From positions 32,001 through 96,000 of the forward strand of contig CAVTWJ010000019.1 of NCBI GenBank assembly GCA_963738405.1: DNA of 64,000 nt, read 5' to 3'. The DNA comes from a candidate division FCPU426 bacterium. Lineage in GTDB: Bacteria > Oederibacteriota > Muellerivitia > Muellerivitales > Muellerivitaceae. Positions 8,529-18,145 of this stretch are shown here, piece by piece. The notes beneath the pieces were generated by a model that was not told where the DNA came from, did not search any database, and saw only the letters and a program-made list of their open reading frames with translations. Position 1 is the stretch's first letter, and each line of letters begins with the position of its first letter. A program made the position numbers and the translations under genes.

Positions 8529-11500
8529 TGGTTGACCCTAAGCTGAATCGTATGGTAGCAGTAATGAAGCGGCAGGCCGTCCCGATAGGCCTCGGCCATA
8601 AGATAAACCGTGCCGTTAATGCCTGAGACGTTCCAAGCGAAGGTAACCGGCGTCATCCCGCTGGCGGTGGGGGCGGACTGAAAAAGATGGGCGGGATTCA
8701 TGTCCAGCACCCCTTGGGCCGCGGGGGCGTTGTCCTGAACGAATTGCCAGTTGTTCGTTCCGCTGGTGCTCCATTTTAAGTTGATGTCCAAGGTCACCGA
8801 TTCGTTGTAGCCTCCGGCCACGGTCAGGGGCGATCCGTTATTGGGATACTCCTCGGTGTAATAATTGCCCGTGTTGGAAGTAATGCCCTGGTAGCGGAAC
8901 CAGGGGTTATTCGTGCTGTTTCCGTATTTATCCGTGACCGGCCCTGAAATGGTGACGTTGACGGTGTATCCGCTGGGCGGCGGATAGGGATACTGGTCGT
9001 TCGGGCTGTCGACATAGGTGCGGATCAGGGGAACCTGCGGAATATGGGCAGGTCCTGAATATAAACCGGCGTCCATATAATCCCTCAATGCCTCACTCAA
9101 GGAAATCTGGCCCAGCGAGGCGGCGTCGAAACTGCCTTGGGGCTGCAAACCGGAAAGATTAAAGAAACAGGTTTGCCCGTTATAGTTCATCTGGATGGTC
9201 CCAACCCCCTGCCAGTTGTAGCCATTGTTCGTGGAAGAATTGTCGTAGGCGTCCCGGAAAACGCCCCCGATTTGCGGGTCCGATAAACTCGTCCGAAGGC
9301 CGGAATAATAAGTATTGTTCCACTCGTCCGGAAGGCCGTTTTCAACGTTTAAATCGGCGCCAATGGCCCAGGGCCGGTTGGCGGAAACGCTGACGGGCAT
9401 GGGGTAATTGGTGATGTTATAAATTTTGGTTCCGAGGGTGGTGAGGGTGCAGGCCGCGTTAAAGCCTGTTCCTCCCGAAATATGGGCCATTCCCGCGTCA
9501 TAACCGCCCAAGATGCCGTTAAAGAGAGATCCCACCGCGTTGGACCCGACCGCGTGCTGGTAGGTTCTCCCGAAATCGTACCCGTTGGTGCTGTTGGCGC
9601 CGGAGGTCATGGTGATGCTTCCGGCGGGAACACGGTAAAAATTGCCCGAACCCGTGGGAAGGTTTCCGTTGCTGTTCCAATTGCCCCACCAATCATCCGG
9701 AAAAAGCTCCCCCCTCCAGGTTCGCGCGTACCAACGGGTAATGAGGGCCGTACCCCCGGCATTGTGGCGGGCGATATCCATCATCGCCGAATAGGTGGGA
9801 TGGGTTCCGGCCGCGGTAAAGGCGTGCGGGCCGTAGGTATCCGCTTGGTCACCGGTCTGGATTTCATCCACACACTTCAGGGTGTTATCCGTCGGGTTAT
9901 AGGGGGTATCGATGAGGGGGATTCCCGCGCTCCAGGGCTGGTAAGTGCTTCCAAATTCGCCTCCCTCGTCGGCGTGCCAAGCGGTCCATCCGTTCAAGTT
10001 GACGAAAATAGCCCCCTGGTTCAGCATCGCGGTACGGTAAAGATAATAGTAGCGGGGCATATCCCGGCAATCGTTGTAAGTGTCGTAACCGTTGTCGGTT
10101 TGTGAAAAACCCGAAAAGCCGTCGGTGGGGCTGGTATGCAGGTCTTTCCAGTGCCAATTGTAGCCGTCCGAGTCGATGGTCACGTTGGAGTCGGAAGTTC
10201 CCAAAACCGAGCTTCCAAATTTCACGTCCGCGTAGGGGCAGTCCCGGGGGTCGCCGTTGAACTGGTACCTTTCCGTCCAGGGGGTGATGCCGCTGGCGGC
10301 CGTTCCGATTTGGGAGGCGGCGCCTCCCCCGATCCAAACATAGGTGCGCGAAAGGTTTAAGCCCTGGTTGGCGGTTGATCCGGTTGTCAAATCGGTGCCG
10401 ATGCGGGTTTCCACGGCGTATTGGCCGTCCGGAATCCCGTTGACCATGATGATCCAACGGGCCGTGTTTTTGGGCCCCGGGGTGGTGCTGGTCAGGTCCG
10501 GGGTATAAAGAGTGCCCATGCCGGTGAAAGAGTTGACGGGGCAGGGAATATATTCGGCGCCGTATAGCCGGTTGGCGACGGGAAGCCCGCCATGGTCCAC
10601 CCCGCCGGCCAACCCGATTTCAGGGCACCTTAAGGGGGTGTTGAAAAAAGTGACGCAGGTTGAACTCGCGGTAGGGTTGCCCATGGCCCAGGACATTCCC
10701 ATACCGGCGGAATCCCCGGTCGATGGGGGCAAAGACTGTATTCCATAGGTGAAAGGAGTATTCTGAGTCTCCCCGCCATAAATGCAGGAAACGGAAAGAT
10801 TCCCCGAATTGATATTGAGGTTGGGGAAATACACCGTCATGGTCGTGGCGTTATTTTGGGTGACAGAACCGCCGCCGCCGCCGCAAGGGGGATAAGCCGT
10901 AACAGGGTATCCTCCCCCGCAGGGGTAATCCAATGTCGCCGGCGCCTCCAGACCGTCGTAATAAACGTAAGACCTCAAGGTCACACCCGCCCCGGAACGG
11001 TAGTGAATAAGGGTGGGGTGGGTGACCACCCTTTGGTTGATGTGGTTGGCCGGGTCCTTGGCGGCGTCCGAATAGTTGCGGATCGGCGGAATGGGAACCA
11101 CCTCGCCGTGCATGGAAACCACAATGGCGTTGTTGAAGGCGTTGGGGTTGGACGCCATTTGTTCCAAAAGCATCCGAAGGGTGATGGCGGGCGTGGACAC
11201 GTTATTGTTGCTCGCGGTCTGGGAAACGGCGGCGTAGTCGACCAGTTCATCGGGGTAGCGCACGTCGTTGTTCCAAGTATCGGAAAGGGTATGCCCATAG
11301 GGGTTGCTGTACCCCAGGTTGGTTCTCACGGCCCCGGCTTGGGCCAGCTCCCCGGGATCGAAAACCGAGGCGGGGCTGGCCGCCGCGCTGTAGTCGTTGT
11401 ATTGCACCGCCCCGGGATAAAAATAAATGTAGGGCATGGCGGTGGAATCGGCCCAGGAAGGCGCGGCGTTGCAATAGGGCGTGTAATAGGGGTCCCGTCC

Positions 11501-12184
11501 GAAGCCCGATTGGGTGATGTAATGGGTGCGAAATTGAAGCCCGGGGTTTCGGCCCTGGAGCTGGGCCGCGACGGTGCTCCAGGTTCCCTGCATCTGGGGA
11601 ACCAGGGTGAACCAGCCGATCATGTCGGAAATGGCGATCACGTAAACGTCGAAGACCTGGGTGGGCGAGCTAGGGGAGGAGATGGTTCTTAATATTCCGC
11701 CGATGGTCGCTAAAAGAGTATCGGGCTGGCCCGGGTTGGTGGAGCTGTTTCGGTAGACGCGGATAATGACCTGGCGGGCGTAGGGGTCGTTGGCGACGCG
11801 GTCCACTTCCACATTTCTCACATAATGCCAGTAACCGTTGGTGAGGCGGTTCGCGCTTAAGGCGTTCGCCGGGTCGGCGGACACGGAAACTCCCTGGTCG
11901 GTGCTTAAAAGGGTGTTGTAAAAAGTGGCCGGGTCGGCGTAATTATCCAAAACCTGCACGCTGTTTTCGTTGCCGTTCACGAGGGTGCGCATTTCCTCGA
12001 ACATCTGGATGGCTTTTTCCGTGGCATAGGCCTTGTCGCTGGCGATCACGGTTTGTTTGGCCATGAAGCTGCGCGCCATCATGACCGTGGAAGCCAAAAT
12101 CCCCATGATCCCCACGGCGATGATCAGTTCGATAAAGCTGTAGCCCCGCTGGCCGCCGGGAAGGAAATGGAATTTCATGGTCAT
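8525..12184 (-). CDS. Giant (1219 aa) prepilin-type protein, PilV-like N-terminus plus a large extracellular domain
   Basis: GQRG|YSFIELIIAVGIMGILAS class III signal followed by A..KA.Q..EE.R, typical of PilV/PulI; the remainder is Gly/Asn/Thr/Tyr-rich. Confidence 0.85.
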   Translation of the reverse strand: MTMKFHFLPGGQRGYSFIELIIAVGIMGILASTVMMARSFMAKQTVIASDKAYATEKAIQMFEEMRTLVNGNENSVQVLDNYADPATFYNTLLSTDQGVSVSADPANALSANRLTNGYWHYVRNVEVDRVANDPYARQVIIRVYRNSSTNPGQPDTLLATIGGILRTISSPSSPTQVFDVYVIAISDMIGWFTLVPQMQGTWSTVAAQLQGRNPGLQFRTHYITQSGFGRDPYYTPYCNAAPSWADSTAMPYIYFYPGAVQYNDYSAAASPASVFDPGELAQAGAVRTNLGYSNPYGHTLSDTWNNDVRYPDELVDYAAVSQTASNNNVSTPAITLRMLLEQMASNPNAFNNAIVVSMHGEVVPIPPIRNYSDAAKDPANHINQRVVTHPTLIHYRSGAGVTLRSYVYYDGLEAPATLDYPCGGGYPVTAYPPCGGGGGSVTQNNATTMTVYFPNLNINSGNLSVSCIYGGETQNTPFTYGIQSLPPSTGDSAGMGMSWAMGNPTASSTCVTFFNTPLRCPEIGLAGGVDHGGLPVANRLYGAEYIPCPVNSFTGMGTLYTPDLTSTTPGPKNTARWIIMVNGIPDGQYAVETRIGTDLTTGSTANQGLNLSRTYVWIGGGAASQIGTAASGITPWTERYQFNGDPRDCPYADVKFGSSVLGTSDSNVTIDSDGYNWHWKDLHTSPTDGFSGFSQTDNGYDTYNDCRDMPRYYYLYRTAMLNQGAIFVNLNGWTAWHADEGGEFGSTYQPWSAGIPLIDTPYNPTDNTLKCVDEIQTGDQADTYGPHAFTAAGTHPTYSAMMDIARHNAGGTALITRWYARTWRGELFPDDWWGNWNSNGNLPTGSGNFYRVPAGSITMTSGANSTNGYDFGRTYQHAVGSNAVGSLFNGILGGYDAGMAHISGGTGFNAACTLTTLGTKIYNITNYPMPVSVSANRPWAIGADLNVENGLPDEWNNTYYSGLRTSLSDPQIGGVFRDAYDNSSTNNGYNWQGVGTIQMNYNGQTCFFNLSGLQPQGSFDAASLGQISLSEALRDYMDAGLYSGPAHIPQVPLIRTYVDSPNDQYPYPPPSGYTVNVTISGPVTDKYGNSTNNPWFRYQGITSNTGNYYTEEYPNNGSPLTVAGGYNESVTLDINLKWSTSGTNNWQFVQDNAPAAQGVLDMNPAHLFQSAPTASGMTPVTFAWNVSGINGTVYLMAEAYRDGLPLHYCYHTIQLRVNQ

Positions 12185-12189
12185 CAGCC

Positions 12190-14094
12190 TTACAAGTTGG
12201 GAACGGCCAGGAGGCTCTTTCGCTCGCTGGTGTCTTCCCGGTATTGGGCCACCTGCTGGAGGGCATACTGCACCAGGCTCGGCACGTAATTGATCCTTCC
12301 AAAATTGCCCGCCGCGCCGTTAAGCGTCAGGACGCCCGGCGACCCGTTGGCATAGGGGCTTCCCATGATGACGGAGCCGTCCAGTTCACAACCGGCGTTG
12401 ATGGTTAGGTTTCCAGTGACGAATACAATGCCGCCGTATTGGCTGGACGCGATTTGGCCCGATCCGCTCCCCGTTCCCGTGTCCAGGGTCAAATCGCCGT
12501 TCACCACCAATATGCCGAAACCCTGAAGGGACTGGTAGGGGGCCGCGTTGGCCGGGTCGTAGGTCAGGTTGCCGTTGTAATAAGAAAGTTTCCACCAGCT
12601 GGAAATATTCATGGTGGCCCCCGCCGAGGGGTCTCCCACGTAATCGGCGATGCTTTCAACCTCATTGAGGGCCATGCCGAAAATATAAGTGGCGTTCAAG
12701 AGGGAAACGGGCAGCCCCATGCAAATTTCACCCCCCTGGAGATTGACGCCGGAAATCGCCCCAACCGGGGTGGAACAAACCTCAGGAGTGGCTGTGGGGG
12801 TTCCCGGAGGGGGGGTGGCCGTGGGGGGAACGCAGTCCGAAAAAGGCTCGTTGGCCGTCAGGGTTCCGTTGTGCAAACCGCAGTCCAAGCTTGTGACCGT
12901 GCCGTCAGGTCCGGCCGAGTGGTTGATGATCAGAATGATGTTCGACGTTGTAAATAAGCCGGAAGTGTCGGGAACGGTAATGTTTGCGACGATGGTTTGG
13001 GAGGCCCCATTGACGGCTGTTCCCATAGTGCCATTGGGCGGATTATTGCCGCATGAGAAGGAAAAAGGCACATACCAGATTTCACCCGAAAGGGCGGTTT
13101 GGTTGGAAAACCCGATAGCGTAACTGATCGGTCCTGATTGCGCTTCCTCCACCACAATGGTGATGGGGATGGTGTCTCCGATGCATCCAGTACCGGCCGC
13201 GTTGCCGTTGAAGCTGATAAGGCTAAAGGGCTGGGGTGTCGCGGTGACAGTGGGGGTTTGGGTGGGGGTAGGGGTAAAGGTGTTGGTATTTGCCGGAAGG
13301 GGAGTATAGGTTTTGGTGGGAGTATAGGTTTTGGTGAAGGTATTGGTGATGGTGGGAGTATAGGTAGGGGAAGGAGTGGCCGTTTTGGTATAGGTTCGGG
13401 TAAAGGTCGGTGTGTATGAGTTAATGGCGTTTTGGGTGGCGGTGGATTTGGCGTTGGCGGTAGCGGTGGCCTGAGCTTGGTAGGTGGCCGTGGGAATGGC
13501 CGTGGCCGTACTGGCATAGGTTTGAGTGGCATTAGGGGTATAAGTAAATGTGGGGGTTATGGTAAATGTGGGGGTGGGAGAGCAATTTAATGACGAACTT
13601 AACGCGGTTGCGGTTCTAAGGCCGCTACTGGGGTTGGTGCTGCCCGCTTCGACAGCCACATATTCATAAGGCCCGCCAGCCGGAACGGTCACATTTTGGT
13701 TTACCGAGGTGATGGCGCCGGGGGCGGTAATTAAACCGCAATTAGTGGTGGGGTTTCCACAAACCCAAGTGATCTGCGCGGCGGTAAAAGGGCTGGTGTT
13801 CGTGAAACCAATGGCGTAATTATAGTTGGAGCCCGAACTGGCAACCGTGATCGTCACCGAAATGTTTGATCCCGGTTGCACGCACCCGGTAGCGGGGTTC
13901 GTCGTAACACTATTGATGCCATAAGCATGGGCTCGGGAAGCCGTTAAAGCCAAAAGAAGCAGGATTGCGGCCGTTCCCTTGAGGAAGGTCCGGGAGGCCT
14001 GAGAAATAAGACGGCAACCCCAAAGGAAAGCGGGATTTTTAAAAACCGCCGGGATCGATTCTTTTTTGGGCTGCCGCTTGCGGTTCATGATCAA
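12190..14094 (-). CDS. Secreted Thr/Pro-rich protein with a C-terminal PilX-like beta-solenoid region
   Basis: Signal peptide ...ILLLLALTASRAHA-Y; long TPT/TYT repeat tract; C-terminal GILVVNGDLTL...GIVFVTGNLTI...GSVIMG repeats; RBS-like GAGG upstream. Confidence 0.75.
   Translation of the reverse strand: MIMNRKRQPKKESIPAVFKNPAFLWGCRLISQASRTFLKGTAAILLLLALTASRAHAYGINSVTTNPATGCVQPGSNISVTITVASSGSNYNYAIGFTNTSPFTAAQITWVCGNPTTNCGLITAPGAITSVNQNVTVPAGGPYEYVAVEAGSTNPSSGLRTATALSSSLNCSPTPTFTITPTFTYTPNATQTYASTATAIPTATYQAQATATANAKSTATQNAINSYTPTFTRTYTKTATPSPTYTPTITNTFTKTYTPTKTYTPLPANTNTFTPTPTQTPTVTATPQPFSLISFNGNAAGTGCIGDTIPITIVVEEAQSGPISYAIGFSNQTALSGEIWYVPFSFSCGNNPPNGTMGTAVNGASQTIVANITVPDTSGLFTTSNIILIINHSAGPDGTVTSLDCGLHNGTLTANEPFSDCVPPTATPPPGTPTATPEVCSTPVGAISGVNLQGGEICMGLPVSLLNATYIFGMALNEVESIADYVGDPSAGATMNISSWWKLSYYNGNLTYDPANAAPYQSLQGFGILVVNGDLTLDTGTGSGSGQIASSQYGGIVFVTGNLTINAGCELDGSVIMGSPYANGSPGVLTLNGAAGNFGRINYVPSLVQYALQQVAQYREDTSERKSLLAVPNL
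13240..13580 (-). repeat. Low-complexity Thr/Pro-rich coding tract (TPTxTxT)
   Basis: SPTPTFTITPTFTYTPNAT...TPTPTQTPTVTATP in the 634-aa ORF. Confidence 0.8.
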
Positions 14095-14103
14095 GGTTCC
14101 TCG

Positions 14104-15078
14104 TTACTGGGCTTTCATCGCCACGACGCCGTAGGTTCCGACTTGGGAGACGGCTCCATATAACAAACTATTGCTGGTTGAAAAATGAACTTGGGAAGTG
14201 GCCGCGCAATAAACCCCGCCTGTGTCATAGGCCCCGTCATATCCGATCGTTGTTGGCAGGTTAAAGGTCAGCTTGCGGTATTCGGAAGACAGGCGCGCGG
14301 TGGCGACCACCTTGTTGGGAGCGGTTTTGTAGGAGACATTCCAATAGGGGAAGGTTCCAGTCTTGTCCATGCGTTTGTAAACATAACCCGTGCTGACGAT
14401 GGACCAAACCAAGCCGTCTCCATTGACGAACCCGGCCGAAGTGCGGCTCCCGGTGACATCATGAACCGCGTTATTATCGTAAGTGGCCTGCGGGGTGACG
14501 GTGGCATAAAGCGACGGCACCCTGCGGACTTCGTAATGGCCGAAATAAGTGGCCAGCGCTGGATCATCATTGTCGATGGGATAATCGTTCACGATGCCTG
14601 TTGTTGAATCAAGGGTATCGGAAGCCTGCGCGTTAACGGTGTTGTTTTGGGGATCGAAAGCTTGGTCGACGTAGCTATAGGCGACACCCGCGAAATTGGT
14701 TGTCCAAGAAACCGGCTGGCCCTCCAAGTAACCTTTCGCATAGGCCCGAACAAACCCCGCCGATTGGTTCCGGCGGACGAAAAACCCGAGGGCATCGGTA
14801 AGCCCTGCGCGGGCGACATTTTCCGCTTCCCCTACATAGAGTTCCCGTTGTTTTGCGTCCATGGAAGCCGAAGAAACCAGCTTCATTCCTACGGTGATTA
14901 ATGTGGTGGCAATAACCATGAAAATCGCCGCCATAACCAGCGCCGAACCCTTTTGGTCGTTCAATTTCAATTGGGGGAAAGAGCGGGACAAGACATGCCG
15001 AAGACTTGAAAACCTAAGAGTTTTCCAAAATTCTTTTAGCCGAGAAGATGTTAGGTTTTTTGATTCCCGAAATAACAT
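14104..15078 (-). CDS. PilX-like pilus assembly protein (N-terminal PilX domain)
   Basis: DQKG|SALVMAAIFMVIATTLITVGMKL (no Glu5, as in PilX/PulK) and A..VARAGL.DA motif; start uncertain (ORF open to 15228). Confidence 0.75.
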   Translation of the reverse strand: MLFRESKNLTSSRLKEFWKTLRFSSLRHVLSRSFPQLKLNDQKGSALVMAAIFMVIATTLITVGMKLVSSASMDAKQRELYVGEAENVARAGLTDALGFFVRRNQSAGFVRAYAKGYLEGQPVSWTTNFAGVAYSYVDQAFDPQNNTVNAQASDTLDSTTGIVNDYPIDNDDPALATYFGHYEVRRVPSLYATVTPQATYDNNAVHDVTGSRTSAGFVNGDGLVWSIVSTGYVYKRMDKTGTFPYWNVSYKTAPNKVVATARLSSEYRKLTFNLPTTIGYDGAYDTGGVYCAATSQVHFSTSNSLLYGAVSQVGTYGVVAMKAQ

Positions 15079-15393
15079 AAAAAGCCGCTCCCACTTGATG
15101 ATGTCAAATTTCTTTAATTTTACAGTATTTTTTGCGGAAAAAGGGAGGAGCGGCAACTCCAGAGAAGCCCTTGATATCTTTACATTCTTGGGCAAAATCA
15201 TTATCCCTCTATTGAAATTGAGTGTCAATTAACGTTCAACTAATTCTTTGTTAAACGCTTTTCACCCAACCCCACCCCTGGGGCTGAATCCTACCCGAGG
15301 GGGTATGACTAGATAAAAAGCCCTCTTGTTCGTTTTTTTAGGTCCTCGCCTTCTAGCTCTGCGAGTTGGGTTCTTCGGGGCTCCAAATATTCC

Positions 15394-15410
15394 TGCATTT
15401 TGCGTACCAA
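15394..15410 (-). promoter_or_regulatory. Putative sigma54 (-24/-12) promoter for the pilin cluster
   Basis: Minus strand TTGGTACGCAAAATGCA vs consensus YTGGCACGNNNNTTGCW; GG and GC correctly spaced, 2 mismatches. Confidence 0.6.
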
Positions 15411-15457
15411 CGGACGGAATTAAAGTTCCTGTTTCCAATGGTATATTCAATCAAACG

Positions 15458-16294
15458 TTAGAGTGAAAAATCGCCCAATAAAAAAGTATGGTCCGAGGGT
15501 TTTTCCAAGCCTCGGGGTTTGGTATCGATCCAAATTTTTTCCAGTTTTTCCGCGACCGGCTGGGTGCCCATGAGAAAGTCGATTCTCCACCCCAAGTTTC
15601 TTTCAAAGCCCCCAGGCTGGCGCATATCCCAAAAGGTATAGTGCCCGCCTTCCTTGACCTTCTCGCGAAAAAGATCCTTCCATTGGGAACCCATGGTTTC
15701 TTCCAGGGCCTTTCGCGCGTCGATATGGAAACAGGGATGTTCTTTGTTGCCCTTCGGGTTGTTAAGGTCGATCTCGGTCGGAGCCACATTGAGATCGCCC
15801 ATCCAGATGGCGGGGGTTTGCGGACCAATTTGACGGTCGAAATAGGCGCGCAGGTCCTTAAAAAATTTAAGCTTGTACTGGTATTTTTCCGAATCGATGG
15901 CGTAGCCCTGGGGGATATAGGTGTTGATCAGTCGCACGCCTTCGTAGGTACCCGCGAGAAACCGCGCTTGTTCCTCCGCGTCCTTGGGGTAGAGCCTTTT
16001 TTCGATGTTCGTCAGGGGCTTCTTGGAGATAAAGGCCACGCCGTTGTAGCTTTTCTGTCCGTGGAAGACCACCTGCCACCCCGCCGCTTCGATCGGCTCG
16101 CGGGGAAATTCGATGTCCTGCACCTTGGTTTCTTGAATGGCCAAAACATCCGGCTGGTTTTTCTTGAGCCAATCCAAAAGGATGCCCATTCGCACTCGGA
16201 TGGAGTTGGCGTTGAAAGTGGCGATACGAAGAGTCTTTTCTTTGTTAGTAGAGTTTTTAGCTGGGGACGTTTTTTTCTTTTTCGTTACTGGCAT
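15458..16294 (-). CDS. xth: Exodeoxyribonuclease III
   Basis: IATFNANSIR, LAIQETK, YNGVA, MGDLNVAP, GWRIDF and PSDH motifs. Confidence 0.95.
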   Translation of the reverse strand: MPVTKKKKTSPAKNSTNKEKTLRIATFNANSIRVRMGILLDWLKKNQPDVLAIQETKVQDIEFPREPIEAAGWQVVFHGQKSYNGVAFISKKPLTNIEKRLYPKDAEEQARFLAGTYEGVRLINTYIPQGYAIDSEKYQYKLKFFKDLRAYFDRQIGPQTPAIWMGDLNVAPTEIDLNNPKGNKEHPCFHIDARKALEETMGSQWKDLFREKVKEGGHYTFWDMRQPGGFERNLGWRIDFLMGTQPVAEKLEKIWIDTKPRGLEKPSDHTFLLGDFSL

Positions 16295-16356
16295 TGGTAT
16301 CTCCTTTAAGAAAATAGAGGCGCATTTGATTTTCTGAACACCCGGTTATTGATCGA

Positions 16357-16659
16357 CTAAAAGATATAGTCCACTGACGCCCTTTCAGAGGTAACTTCTT
16401 TCACGTAAGCGACGACTTTTTGATGCTCAGGATGCTTTTGATAATGGTCCAACCCTTGGACATCCTTAAATACTGAATCCAGACAGACCTCATAAGACGG
16501 TGCGGGATTTCGAAAATCGAACCCCACTTTCAAATCCACAATATCCGGGATCATCGCCTTCAAGGCTTCCAGCCTCTGTTTTAATTCTTGAGCCCTTTCC
16601 GATTTGGAAGAACCGCCGTTTATTTCTTTCAACTTCCATAAAACGATATGCTTGAGCAT
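16357..16659 (-). CDS. Dabb family stress-responsive A/B barrel protein
   Basis: MLKHIVLWKLK...YQKHPEHQ...SVDY signature. Confidence 0.9.
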   Translation of the reverse strand: MLKHIVLWKLKEINGGSSKSERAQELKQRLEALKAMIPDIVDLKVGFDFRNPAPSYEVCLDSVFKDVQGLDHYQKHPEHQKVVAYVKEVTSERASVDYIF

Positions 16660-16866
16660 ATAAACCGCCTAGTGACGAAGTGGAAGCATGTTAACTGCAA
16701 ACTTTGCCGAATCTCCAGATGGCCCCTATTGAAAGGGGTCTGTTTTGCCTGTTCCAAGGGGATTTTTTAGCCTTTAAAGTCGCCTGGAAAAAGGCTAATT
16801 TATGAGGCCACACAAGGAACCATTTCCAAAGACGTTTTGTAGCAACCTAAAAAAAAGGACGAATTC

Positions 16867-17673
16867 ATGGGATTGTTAAAGGGGAAGAAAGCGATCATTT
16901 TTGGGGTGGCCAATGACCGGTCCATCGCCTGGGGCATTGCCCAGGCTTTTCACGAGCAAGGCGCCGAATTGGGTTTTAATTTCCTTGGGGAAGCACTAGA
17001 AAAGCGCGTACGACCCCTGGCCGAGTCGGTCAACGCCAAGCTGATTCTTCCCTGCGACGTCTCCAAAGACGATCAAATCGCCGCCTTCTATAAAGAAGTG
17101 GAGAAGGCCTGGGGAAAGTTTGACATCCTCGTGCATTGCATCGCCTTCGCCAATAAAGATGAGCTGGCGGGCGGCATTTCAAACACCTCCCGAGCCGGCT
17201 TCCAGCTGGCTTTGGATATCTCGGCCTACAGCCTGATCGCCATTACCCGCCCCGCCCTTCCCCTTCTGAATGACGGCGGAAGCATCATCACCCTGACCTA
17301 TTACGGGTCGGAGAAGGTGATTCCCAATTACAACGTCATGGGAGTGGCCAAGGCCGCCCTGGAATGCTCCGTGCGCTATCTGGCCGCCGATTTGGGATCA
17401 CGGAACATCCGGGTGAACGCCATTTCCGCCGGGCCCATCAAGACCCTGGCCGCCTCCGGCGTGGGGGGATTCAAGACGATGCTCAAGACCTCCGAGGGTA
17501 TGAACCCGTTGAAGCGCAATGTCTCGCAGGAAGAGGTGGGAAAAACCGCCGCTTATCTGGCCAGCGACTGGGCGTCGGGCGTTACGGGCGAGGTGATTTA
17601 CGTGGACGCGGGAGCCAATATTATCGGCATGCATTTTGACGAGAAAAAAGAGGAAGGCCCCGCCGCCAAGTAA
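16867..17673 (+). CDS. fabI: Enoyl-ACP reductase FabI
   Basis: GVANDRSIAWGIA, YNVMGVAKAALE, NAISAGPIKTLA motifs. Confidence 0.95.
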   Translation: MGLLKGKKAIIFGVANDRSIAWGIAQAFHEQGAELGFNFLGEALEKRVRPLAESVNAKLILPCDVSKDDQIAAFYKEVEKAWGKFDILVHCIAFANKDELAGGISNTSRAGFQLALDISAYSLIAITRPALPLLNDGGSIITLTYYGSEKVIPNYNVMGVAKAALECSVRYLAADLGSRNIRVNAISAGPIKTLAASGVGGFKTMLKTSEGMNPLKRNVSQEEVGKTAAYLASDWASGVTGEVIYVDAGANIIGMHFDEKKEEGPAAK

Positions 17674-17690
17674 TCCGTAAAGTCTCAACC

Positions 17691-17727
17691 AAAAGGGAAC
17701 GCCTTATCGGGCTTCCCTTTTTTTATT
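17691..17727. terminator. Probable bidirectional intrinsic terminator between convergent genes
   Basis: AAAAGGGAA...TTCCCTTTTTTT stem flanked by A and T tracts. Confidence 0.7.
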
Positions 17728-18104
17728 TAGGCCGCCCCCAAACGGGGTTCGTTCATGAGGCAAAAACTTTTCTCCTCAACCCTCTGGGATGGCAAATTCT
17801 GGATCTTCACCGATAAAGAAACGGTGTCCCGGGAGGGACTTTTCTCCGCCGCAAAAAACATTTGAGCCCGGCAGCGCCTGGCCCATTCGGTATGGGCGGT
17901 GCGGATCCAGAATTCCAAAACCACTTCCTCCCCGTTTTCGGCCTGAAAACGGAACCGGTGAAATGACATGAAATCCAGCGACCGGTTCAAGCCGAGCGCG
18001 AAACCCTGAAGTTCCGCCGCGTGCAGGGGCCAACGGCCTTTCTCCAATCTAAAAATTCCCGTCAGGCTCAGGATGTCGTTTAAAGAGGCTTGAGGATTGT
18101 TCAT
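17727..18104 (-). CDS. Hypothetical protein downstream of radC
   Basis: 125-aa ORF with RBS AAAGGAG before ATG at 18104; no recognisable family. Confidence 0.65.
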   Translation of the reverse strand: MNNPQASLNDILSLTGIFRLEKGRWPLHAAELQGFALGLNRSLDFMSFHRFRFQAENGEEVVLEFWIRTAHTEWARRCRAQMFFAAEKSPSRDTVSLSVKIQNLPSQRVEEKSFCLMNEPRLGAA

Positions 18105-18145
18105 GTCTTCTCCTTTAAAAAATAATGGGGATTCAAAAAAAGGGC

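Noticed and set aside
15488..16309. 273-aa antisense ORF, and similar shadow ORFs such as 10856-11692, 37685-38308 and 58487-59275
   Set aside because: These are codon-bias shadows of well-supported genes on the opposite strand.
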